Source of the DNA: Octopus sinensis | Taxonomy: Eukaryota | Assembly: GCF_006345805.1 (NCBI RefSeq) | Contig: NC_042999.1 | Span: forward strand, 4,278,001-4,342,000 | Length of the DNA stretch: 64,000 bases | Direction of reading: 5' to 3' | Part shown: positions 12,963 through 25,497 of the stretch, piece by piece | How positions within the stretch are numbered: position 1 is the stretch's first letter | Layout of the letters: each line of letters begins with the position of its first letter | The notes under the pieces: generated by a model | Database searches by the model: none | Told to the model about the DNA's origin: nothing | The model's input: the letters and a program-made list of their open reading frames with translations, nothing else | Position numbers and translations under genes: made by a program

Positions 12963-15243
12963 CTTGCACACCATGTAACCATGTACCTCCTCTACAGCAA
13001 GATACCTGTACTTGTCACACTCTAACCTTTCATCATCTAACACAAAATCACCTCCTCCAGTTTCCCTTCCCCTCTCAAAGGATCTTTGTCTTGCAAGATA
13101 GTTGGTCACCCTGCCAGTGCTGGTGTCACATAAAAAGCATCCAGTCCACACTGTAAAGTGGTTGGCATTTGGAAGGGCAGCCAGCTGTAAAAATCATGCC
13201 AAAACTGACCTCACCTGTGCTCATGTCATGCAAAATGCACTCATTCCACTCTGTGGGGTGGTTGGTGTTAGGAAGGGTATCCAGCCAAAAAACCCATGCC
13301 AGCATGGAAGGTGGACATTAAACAATGATGATGATGGTGATGACTTATATACAGCAGCAACTGAGACCACATATTGTATTCTAATAATGGAATAAGCAGA
13401 TGTACTTCAAGAGGAAAGAGCTGGATTTACCCTAACTACCAACATATTATATATACATATATAACCAATCTTACACAACTTCTGCCTAAATATATGCACT
13501 TCACTCACCCTTCCTATATTTATTACTCACACTACACCTCATTCTCTACCCTTTACACAAAATATTTTTCCCCAATCTTTCTCTTCTAAATTGCATTTTT
13601 TGCAACTCTATGTCTACATTTTCCTTTCAGCTACTAAATTACAAAAGTTTAAACCTAAGCATTAGCCATATCAATCCCCCGTCCTCTGTTCTAGGACTAC
13701 TTGAAAAGCTTATGAGCACTGTTGCTTGTTTGTTTTTTTCTTTTTGCTTCTTTTATTCTTCCATTCTAAATTTTTTAAAAATTGTAACTGCATAAATATA
13801 GTCCTAAAACCATAATAAATGGCAGATGAAAGATAATTTCTAACATTTTTCTGAATAAACTCTCTTTGATATTTTCAATCTAATGATAAAATGCACTTTG
13901 AGCTTAATATCATCATTAACATTTTAACATTTGTTTTTCCATGCTGATATGGGCTGGGAAAGGGATCTGCAATAGAGCACTCCACTAATAATCTCAGTCT
14001 TTCATCATCTCTTCTGCAAAGCCCAGCATCCTCAGATCTGACTTCACCACCTTTTCCAACTTTTTGTTTCTGTCTTTCTCTTCCCAAACTATATTGAGCA
14101 ACAGAACGCAGTACTTTTTCACCTAATGCTTACTCATTGTTCATATAACATTAACCCTTTCACATTCAGATTACTTTGTCAAATGCAATGCTTATTTATC
14201 TTATTTATTCACATTGTTTTGAATTGATTGTGCACTATCCTATAGCTTTGAGATTTTGGTAATGTGATTGTTTATTTTTAAAATGCACCAGCTTCACATA
14301 GAAGCCTCATTCCTTCCAAAGTGCCTTGGATCGCAGAACGGCCTGCTGTGCTTACCTTGGATCGTAGGGTGACCTGCAGTGCTTGAGGAGACCTATTAAG
14401 TCAAGTACATCACCATCAACATCAAAAAATCAAATGGAAATTGTAGTTGTGATACCTGTGCCAGTGGCAAGTAAAAAGCACCCACTACACTCACGGAGTG
14501 GTTGGCGTTAGGAAGGGCATCCAGCTGTAGAAACACTGCCAGATCAGACTGGAGCCTGGTGCAGCCTACTAGTTTCCCAGACCCCGGTCGAACTGTCCAA
14601 CCCATGCTAGCATGGAAAACGGGCATTAAACGATGATGATGATGATTGTAGGGTTGCTGTGAGAGGCCAGATTTGGCTGATCTGAAGATAAAATAAGTAG
14701 AATAATTCGGCCAGATATGACTAGTTTAAATGCTAAAAAGTTAAATATTCTGATTTTTGAGGACCTGTTTCTAAATATCATTGGGAAGATGTCACAGTCA
14801 AACAATTCATCCCTAGATGTCAGAGAAGGAACAATGAAGGGAAGAATGGAACCACATTGTAACCAATGTTGTAAAAGAACATCTGATAGTTTGGTTGAAA
14901 AGTGAGAAGTGATATTTAGATAAATTTCAGTGTATTTCAACAAAGATCTTGCTAGATAAAAGTATCAGTTCATAATTCAATAATTGAAAACTATCAACAA
15001 AATGTCTGGAATTTGTTGAGTTTCTATGAACATCTGTAATACTAATATCTGCTAACTTGGAAGTTTTATCAATTCTCCAGCAGCCAAGATTATTCTACTC
15101 TTCGAACCCATTACGTGCATACACACACACATACACGCACACACACACACAAAACACACACATACACACACACACACACAAAACACACACATACACATAC
15201 ACACACAAAACACACACACACACACACACACATACACACACAC

Positions 15244-15282
<39 letters not shown>

Positions 15283-18200
15283 TCTGGTACACATTTGAAG
15301 CAAATGTTATCCATATGACTAGCCAGTTTTCACTCACCAACAATAGCCTTCACACCTCATTGATGTATATTTTTCTTGTCTTTTACACTACTATTTATAA
15401 AGGTTTTGCTGCAAGTTCATCACAGGCAATTATACTGCAGTAAATATATCTCCTATAATTTTATTGCTGGGTAATTTCATCACAAAATAATTAAATCAAG
15501 AGCCATTATGTAAATTCGTCATCAGACCAATTGTATCATTGGTAAAAATCATCAGTGTGCTTTTTTATCTGTTGAGTAAATACATTAAGAATTATTTTAA
15601 GTTTTATCCATAGACAAAATACATCATATTTCATTAACAAAGAAAATGAAAAAAATTCAAAGACGAAGCATTCATCCTATGATGTGGAAAATTGTAGAAA
15701 TGTTAAAAAAGGAACAATGAGGAAATGAAATAATAATCGATGTATTGCTGTAGCAGAAAATCTACACAGCAATATATATATATATATATATGGATTATTT
15801 AACATGTTATTTGCCATATTTCTTTTCAAACACATTACCATTATTTTAATAAAATCTTTAAATAATGAAGTCTTTAGTAATATATATGCACATACATATA
15901 TAGTGCAGCAGGAATTCAGTGCAACATCAATAAAGTGACAAACTGTTGGATTATTTAACATGCTTTTTGCCATATTTCTTTTCAAACACACTACCATTAT
16001 TTTAATAAAATTTTAAAATAATGAAGTGTTTAGTAAAATGTATCTGACTCATGCACTGTTCACTTCCCAGACATTTGTACATTAAGGCACATGCTTTATA
16101 CGCACTTTTGACAAGTTGTGGTGCACCTGAGCACTGTATACAATAATTTCATTATTTATTATAATTTTGTTATTATGAAGCCGTTTTTTGGAACAAAGAT
16201 TAACATGAAATTTTGATTGATGGTTTTAAATTAGATTAGTTTAATACAAAATGTTTGTGTCATAGACACAATTATAGTCTCAGGTAAGTTGATATCAAAA
16301 GGGTTAAGAGGCATTGCTCATAATTTCACTTTTTAAGATGTTTCTTTCCCCCTCCAATTTGAAATAGATATGTCTTTTACTGCATCACAATCATCATCAT
16401 CGTTTAACGTCCATTCTCCATGCTAGCATGGGTTGGACGGTTCGACCGGGGATCTGGGAAGCCAGAAGGCTGCACCAGGCTCCAGTCTTATCTGGCAATG
16501 TTTCTACAGCTGGATGCCCTTCCTAACACCAACCACTCCGTGAGTGTAGAGGGTGCTTTTTATGTGCCACCTGCACTGGTGCCAGGCGAGGCTGGCATCA
16601 GCCACGGTCGGATTGGTGCATTTTACGTGCCACTTGCATATATATATATATATGCACAAACACACACACACACACACACATGCACCCACATACATGAAAG
16701 TAACTTTGATATTTTTTATGTATATTTTGAGTAAATTTCCTATAGATATTCTTTGATTTTCTTTCAAATTGTTAACCATACGTGATGTATTTATTCTGCA
16801 AATAAAACTTGAAAATAAACTTTAGCTACATATTTACACTGAAAATAAAAAAAAACTCCAATGATGAATTCACCAATACTAAATTGGTGAATGAATTTAC
16901 CATTCACATATGGGTTTGTGGTGTGACTACCTTGCAATGAAATCACCATTTGATGAAATTACATGATACATTTGCCATGGTTCAATTACAGGTAATATAT
17001 TTACTGTAGAGATAGTTATAGGTGATGTGTTTACCATCATATAATTACCATGTGGAATTTACCAGATGCCATTATAAAGAGCTTTGCTGTTCAAGTTAGC
17101 AGGCTGCAAGTTACCTCCACCAAACTCATTTCATGCCCCCACCTATTTTTTTCCCTTTCCTTTCATATCATATTTCCTTTCGGCGTTTATACTTTCATCC
17201 TTAGATCTGCATTTCTGTAATGCAGTCAACTTATGGCTTTCCCTTCAGTCACTAACATGCAAAAAAGTCAAACCACATTAATGTCACCAACTTTTTTTGC
17301 TTTATCATAGCAAAAGAGGGGAAACTGAATTTGTTATGATTATTTCGTTTCCTCTTTGCATTCATCATCATTATCATCATCATCATCATCATTTAGTGTC
17401 CGCTTTCCATGCTAGCATGGGTTGGATGGTTCAACTGGGGTCTGTGAAGCCAGAAGGCTGCATCAGGCCCAGTCTGATCTGGCAGTGTTTCTACGGCTGG
17501 ATGCACTTCCTAATGCCAACCACTCAGAGAGTGTAGTGGGTGCTTTTTACGTGCCACCCGCACAGGTGCCAGACGGAACTGGCAAACGGCTACGGACGGA
17601 TGGTGCTTTTTACGTGCCACCAGCACGGGAGCCAGGCGAGGCTGGCAACAGCCACGAACGGATGGAGCTTTTACGTAACACATGTAATAAATAGAATTTC
17701 CTTGAATGGATTTGATAAATTCTAGCATGGCCATCACTGTGTGGTTGAAAAGCTTACACCACAATCATATATATGCACACACACACACACACAAACACAC
17801 ACACAAGCATATCTTATAAGAGAATGATTTCATCTAAATCATGGTTCTCAACTATGTTTTGCTTATGGACTCCTTATGATTCCTATTTTACTCTGCTGAA
17901 CACCACGGATCCTACCTAAGCTTCCAACCTATGGCAGCCTGGAAAGCTGACATAGAAATGATAATGATAATGATTTTGTGTTTGTGTGTGTTTGGCAATG
18001 CAAACAGGAAAAAAATAAGTCAAAACATGAGTGTATATATTTTATTAATATTTAGCAGAAGTAACAAGTGACTCAAGGGCTGAGAGTTTTGTGTGTTAGT
18101 TTGTTAAGTGCTGACACACTTTACAGAGTAGATTGAGTGCTTTTTATGTGGTACCAGCACCAGTTAGGTCTGCTTTGGTATGGTTTCATGGCTGGATGCC

Positions 18201-20287
18201 CTTTCTAACACACAAACCAGCACTTGGCCCTTGAGTCACTCTGTTACTTCTGCTAAATATTAATAATATAAATATATATATAGGTGCAGGAGTGGCTGTG
18301 TGGTAAGTAGCTTGCTTACCAACCACATGGTTCTGGGTTCATTCCCACTGCGTGGCACCTTGAGCAAGTGTCTTCTACTATAGTCCAGGCCGACCAAAGC
18401 CCTGTGAGTAGATTTGGTAGACGGAAACTGAAAGAAGCCCGTCGTGTATATGTATATATATGTTTGTGTGTCTGTGTTTGTCCCTCCAACATCACTTGAC
18501 AACCGATGGTGGTGTGTTTACATCCCCATAACTTACTGGTTTGGCAAAAGAGACCAATAGAATAAGTACTAGGCTTCCAAAGAATAAGTCCTGGCATCAA
18601 GTTGCTCGACTAAAGGCAGTGCTCCAGCATGACCGCAGTCAAATGACTAAAACAAGTAAAGAGTAATATCACTACCTTAATTCCCTCTTTTCTTCATTTC
18701 TCCTCCATTTTCATTTCCCATTGTGTTTTTTCTTTTTTTTTTTATTCTAGGTAGATTATTTAAATGCCAAACTACTCATTACTGATGAGGATTTACGAGC
18801 CATGGGAGGAGACGCACAAATATTTATGGAGAACTTCCAGTATTTACGTGTTGAGAGACGACCAGAGTACGGCACAACTTCTGTTAATCTAAATTTAAGC
18901 ACAGTCCATGTAGCCACCTATGTGTACCACAAAAGTAAGCTATCCTCCTTCCTTTCAGTCAATTCTGAAATTGTTAAGCATCTTTTGGTGTCATTGCTAT
19001 TAACATGCAGTTCTTTTCTTTCAGCCCTCGAAGTTCTCAATGGAGTACAGTGGACTCGTGCCTTAGACAAGGTCTTTAAAGAAAATAAAGACAATGACTC
19101 AAATTTATCTTGGCAATACTTTGGTAGTGCTGTTGGCTTCATGCGAGTTTATCCCGGTTAGTATAACCACATTGACAAAAATTTTTTCTTCCTCAGTTCT
19201 TCCAATTTCTTTGTTTTTTGCCTTTTTCCATTATGTTTGATTCTTTTTTTATGTTTGCTGACATTTTCCACCCGCCTTTCTCTCTTTCATTTATGATCAA
19301 GCTTATTTTCACCTGTATTCTTATATATGAACCGACATACAGGTATGCCTGCATGTATACACACACACAAACACAGGTGCATACACATACACACACACAC
19401 ACACACACTTTCTCTGTCCTTTTTGTAAAATTATAGTTTACATCTTTTTCTGATGGTTCTTAATCGTCATCTATATGTTGATGCTGACACTGAGGGTGCT
19501 GGATGGTGTTGGAAGCTGCAGTTATATCTACATTATGTATATTATGTATATAGAAGTGGGACTAAAAAAAACCTTTGAGCTGGTGCAAGTAAAAGAGTAA
19601 AAGAAAAATGGTTACAAAAATCTTCCAATTCTTTTGCAAACATGTTTTTCAAGCTCAGAATTGTCAACACATGAAATAAACTATAGTCATGTTAGTTGTT
19701 AACTGTCAGGGCTTCCTTCAAACTGCATCCTTCAAAAACTCCCTGCTTCTCACAGTTTACCAACATCAGTCCTCATGTACTTATGCACCCTTTCCTCTTT
19801 ACAACTCTTTTGCTCTTCATTTTCCTATCCATTTGTATTTTATTATTGTTATTATTATTAAGGTGGTGAAGGCAGCAAGCTGGCAGAATTGTTAGCATGC
19901 TGGGTGAAATGCTTAGCAGTATTTCATCTGGTGCTACATTTTTAGTTCAAATTCCACCAAGGCTGACTTTGCCTTTCATCCTTTTGGGGTCAATAAATTA
20001 AGTACCAGTGAAAAACTGGGGTTGGTGTAATCAACTCATTTCCTCCCCCAAATCACTGCACTTGTGGCAAAGTTTGAAACCATTATTATTGAGGTGGTGA
20101 GCTAAAACAGCAAGCTGACAGAGCCATTAGCAAGTCTTTACATTCTGAGTTCAAATTCTGCCAAGGTCAACTTTTCCTTTCATCCTTTCGGGGTTGATAA
20201 AATAAGTACCAGTTGAATACTGGGGCTGATGTAATCAATTAACCCGCTTCCCCAAAATTGCTGGCCTAGTCCCAAAATTTGAAACCA

Positions 20288-20348
<61 letters not shown>

Positions 20349-21069
20349 TTTTTTTTTTCCTCTTTCAAATTTGCTTCCATTTCTTGCCGAGTGTCTTCCT
20401 GACTCCTAGGGCAAAGAAACTCATAGTATACATTGGTAGGCTATTAAACTAGACTCAATAGTTCGTTCTTTTTTTTTTTTAAGTTAAATTAAAATACATG
20501 GGTAGTAATAATTCTCACATCGACAATGCTCTTCTCAATACGTGTGATGTACCAGTTAAGACAATCTTTTGCACTTCTTGCAGGGATGGTAAGCCAGGGA
20601 TCATTCTCATATAATTTTCAGTTCCCTTCTTGATCATTCCTAGTGCTCCTATGATCACTGGTATTGTAACCGCCTTGAGATGCCACATTTTCTCAATTTC
20701 AATGAGTAGGTCTTTATATTTTCTGAGCTTGTCAAACTCTTTCGCTGAGATATTATGATCACAGGAGATGCTCATGTCGATCAATAAGCAAACTTTATTG
20801 TTTTGGTCTTTCACAACAATATCTGGTTTATTGGCTTTGATGGTTCGGTCTGTATGTACTGGAAAGTCCCACATAATTGTTACATTTTCTCCTTCAGTTA
20901 CAGCTTCAGGGTGGTGATTATACCACTTGTCGGCAGTTTTGATATTGTAATACCGACTTATTAGCCAGTGTAGATATTGGCCAACTCTGTCATGTCTTAA
21001 TTTATACTCCACTGGTGCTAAGACTTTACATCCAGAGACTAGGTGGTCCACTGTTTCAATCATGTCGTA

Positions 21070-21109
<40 letters not shown>

Positions 21110-24100
21110 GACAGCAAGTCGGCAGAACCATTAACATGTTGGGTAAATGCTTAACAACATTTCTTCAGACTCTTCATGTTCGGATTTCAAATCTTGCTTC
21201 TGTCAACTTTACCTTTCATCATTCTGGGGTCAATAAAATAAAGTACCAATGAAGTACTTGTATCAGTGTAATTGTCTAATCTCCGCCTCCTAAAATTGTG
21301 CCAAAATTTGAAACCATTATTACAATTCTTTTCTTCCTTTTGTTCCTTAAAAAATAAATAAATCTAATTCTATCTCTCTGTAAGCTTCTCCCTCTTTCTC
21401 TCAATTTCTTTCTTTTCTCCTTTACCTTCCCTTTTAAAATTGTGTTTACTTCTTGCTTTTACAATGCCTTGTTCTTCCATCCTATTCATCCCATTGTAAT
21501 TATTTTAATTTCAGTGTTTACATTTGTCGAGTTATTCTCAAGTGTTACAACTTATTTCATTTGAATTTTTTTCATTTGAATTGTTTTAAAAGTCGTCTAC
21601 AAGTCTGACTCTAGTCATCAGTTAAAATACGTATGTTCTGCTTTAGTTGTTTTGGCTTCACACAGCAATTAATTACGTGCAATTACAATTATAATATGAT
21701 GACTAATAGTTTGTAATAAAACAGTTATCTATGTATTTATCCATGGCTGTAACAGTTCAAAAAGTATCAGCATTTACACTCCTTTTTCTTTTTCTATTTC
21801 CTTACAGGGATAAAATGGCCAATAAATGATGAAGATCGTATTGATTTATACGACTGTCGATTGCAAGGGTGGTAAGTAATGTTCAGAGTTATAATTTTGG
21901 AGTAGGAGACAGATAAAGTACTATATTTCACTGTGGCGAGAAATATTTTTGACAATGACTATTACTGATATGATGCATGCATGAATGTATGTATGTATGT
22001 ATGTATGTATGTATGTATGTATGTACGTACGTACATATGTATGTATGTATGTATGTATTTATGTATGTATGTATGTATGTATGTATGTATGCATGCATGT
22101 ATGTATGTATGTATGTATGTACGTACATATGTATGTTCATTCGTTTGTTCATTCGTTCATTCTACAATACAAGTGAGAAGGTGATATCTTTTCAAATGCA
22201 GAGTTGCTGTTAGAACAGCAGAAATACTGAGTAAATTACTTTTACAAGGCAGAAAAATTTGTCAACAACCAGCCACGGGACTCAAACCCATATCCCTCAA
22301 AGACTCCAGCTGAGTACTTTACCATTAAGCTAAACTATATATATATATACATAAAAAGCATCATTCAAGAGTGATCGTTACCAGCGTCGCCTTACTGGTA
22401 AGTAACGAGTGAGGTCGTTAGCAGTGCTACTGGACTGGCTCCTGTGTAGGTGACATGCAAAAAACAACATCTGAGCATGGCTGCTGTCAGTACCGCCTGA
22501 CTGGCCCTCGTGCCAGTGCCATGTAAAAGTACCTACTACACTCTCTGAGCGGTTGGCATTAGGAATGGCATCCAGCTATAGAAACTCTGCCAGATCAAGA
22601 TTGGAGCTTGGTGCAGCCATCTGGTTCACCAGCCCTCAGTCAAATCGTCTAACCCATGCTAGCATGGAAAGCAGACGTTAAACAACGACGATGATGATGA
22701 TGATTATGATATAGGTGTCTATAGCAATTAAAACCGAAAAGGTAAAATTAATAAAAACAGCACCTACAATCACTAGAAATGAGTGCTAAAATTTAACTTG
22801 AATAGCCACACAGAAGCACTAACCTCATGAAATGTTTAGGACTGCAAGCAACAAGCCACAACATCTTTCTTTGGCAAGATACACTCACAGAATGAAGTAG
22901 TTTGATAAAACTTTATCATGTAATTTCAAAATTTGATCAACATGATCAGAGGTTTCCACAATCACCCTGAGTTAAAAGAGATAGCCTGCCTCCTATTCTT
23001 TAAGAGAAAAAACATTGAAAAGCAAGCTCTAAAATTCAAAATGGTTAAAATGTATAGTAACATACAATAAGATATAATAATAATATATTAAATATATCAA
23101 GATATATTGAATACATTATAACATAGGTGGCTATAGCAATTAAAACCAAAAAGGTAAAATTAATAAATGAGGTTGCAAAATAGCACCTAAAGTTGCTAGA
23201 AATGAGAGCTAAAATTTAACTTGAACAGCCACACAAAAGCACTAACCTCATGAAATATATGTATATATGCATGTTTGTGTATACATAATTATATCTACAT
23301 GTGTGTACCTATAAAAAGCACCTGTGTTGGTGCCATATAAAAAAAGAACCTCTACTGGTACCACAAAAAATGCACCTGCCTGAAAAGCGTCCAGTACACT
23401 CTGTAAAGTGGTTGGCATTAGGAAGGGCATCAAACCATAGGAACCATGCTAAAACAGACAATTGGAACCTGGTGTAGCCCTCTGCTTTGTCAGCGCCTGT
23501 TAAACCGTCCAACCCATGCCAACATGGAAAACAGATGTTAAATGGTGGTGGTGGTGGTGGTGGTGGTGGTGGTGGTGGCAGTGGTGGTCAGGGTGTTGGT
23601 GATGGTTTTAATGATAAAAGCTTGCAAAGACCATGCGTACAACCCTTTCCTCCTGACCTGATGAATAAAATAAAGAAAACTTTTCTAGAAAACTTTTACT
23701 TCTGGCACTAGTTTTTCCTATATAAGTTTATCTTCCCACCATCTTCCTCTTGCTACCTCTTATAACCTCACACAGTTTCCAGCATCCTTTAGCTGCAAAT
23801 CTCTGCCTATTTTATTTGAATACTTTTATATCCTAACCTCTGTAAGTCTCCCTATTCTCTCAACAAAGCAAATATGTAATCAACAAGATGGTGTTTGAGG
23901 GAAAATTTATCATATTGAATATTGATTCTTTTTCTCATTTGTCCCAATAAACATTGAAACTTGTGGATGAAGACAATTGGATTTTCAATTTTGTTTTTTT
24001 GGTGGGTGAGGGGTGGGGTTGTACATTGTCTCCTTCAAAGTATAAATTGATTTCTTAATTAGACAGCAGAACAATTATTTTAAGAGGTGGAATATTATGA

Positions 24101-25440
24101 TTACTAATGATATTGGTGTATTTGATGTCTGTGTATGGAGATATTAGCAATATTTTGAGAAAGAAAACACATTACAAAGGAACAACCCTTCGGTTATGTA
24201 TGGTTCTCTGTGTTAGAGAGAGAGAAACAGTAGGAGTCACTGAAAAGAATAAAAGTAAATGGCTGTATCAATGATGATACATGACTGACGAAGCCTCTTT
24301 AGTGATAAAATTAAAATGTGTAGAGTTTGTATTTAACTCTTTTTCTTGTTCCAGCCAGTTAGCTGTGACCACCACCATAATCTTCATCATTTAATGTCCA
24401 TTTTGCATGCTGACAAGGGTTGGTCAGTTTGATAGAAACTGATAAGTCAGAGGACTATGTTGAAATTCAATGTCTGCTTTAGCATGGTTTCTGCTACTGC
24501 TGCAGGCCCAACCTAACACCAACACACCATCTACTTTACTTCATGACCGAAGGGGATTTTTACCTTTACTTTTTACCTTTACCTGGTGCTCATAGATTAT
24601 CAATTTGTTAATAAACAAGTTAAAACTCTTGTATGTAATATCAACTGCATGGATATGAAATTTTCTGATGATAACAAATTCATGAAAATATAGGTACATG
24701 CATGGCTATTCCATTGACCAAATCAACTGGAACCCTCTACCCCTTGGGCAAGTATCTTCTGTAATAGAATCAGACGAACCAAAGTCTTATGAATGAATTT
24801 GGTAGTAAAAAAAGAGCTGAAAGGAGTTTGTCCTGCATGTGTGTATGTGTGTGTATGCATGTCTATGTTTATATTTGTGTGTCTCTCAAAATATTATAAG
24901 CTACAAGCAGTGATGTTGCTGTTATTTCTCCAGGCAACAAATCATCCCCTTTTGTGCCTTTGAATATGTGTGAAATGAAATTCTTTACTTGGAAAACAAG
25001 TAAGGGTGCCCAACTTCAAAACAGTGTCTCAATAGCAAGTGCCCATCCAACCCATGCTAGCATGGAAAAAAAATAATAAATCAGACGTAAAAATGACTGA
25101 ACAAATGAATATGGAATAAAAATGTTACTTCGGCTTTATGCATGCAAAGTTTATTTTGTCTGTTGTTTTATTCTTTTATCTCTGAAGCTAATATCTAAAA
25201 ATGTTGATGTTTGATATTAAAACATTAAGATATGCCACTAAAAATAACTGAAATACTGGAATGAACAGACTCTTAATTTTCCATGTCTCGGTAAAAATGT
25301 CATCAAAGTCAAAAATAGTTCATTCATTTGTAAGATTTGTTTTGAAATTCCAACTGTAAGAAGCTTATTTCAAACTTACATTTAAGAAGGATAATAATCA
25401 GTTAAAATGCAGTAAAATTTATTTGAAAATGTTGCTTTCA

Positions 25441-25497
<57 letters not shown>

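Noticed and set aside
14626-14943. 105-aa minus-strand ORF of normal-looking composition
   Set aside because: No recognisable motif, starts at TTG, and no convincing exon partners; cannot support a nested gene.
16929-16940. CCTTGCAAT complementary to the exon sequence around the candidate Q/R site
   Set aside because: Only 9 nt and 4.9 kb away; expected by chance, so not accepted as an editing-complementary sequence.
22270-22335. tRNA-like sequence on the minus strand with A and B boxes
   Set aside because: No complete cloverleaf; treated as a degenerate SINE head. No bona fide tRNA/rRNA genes or CRISPR arrays were seen in the window.
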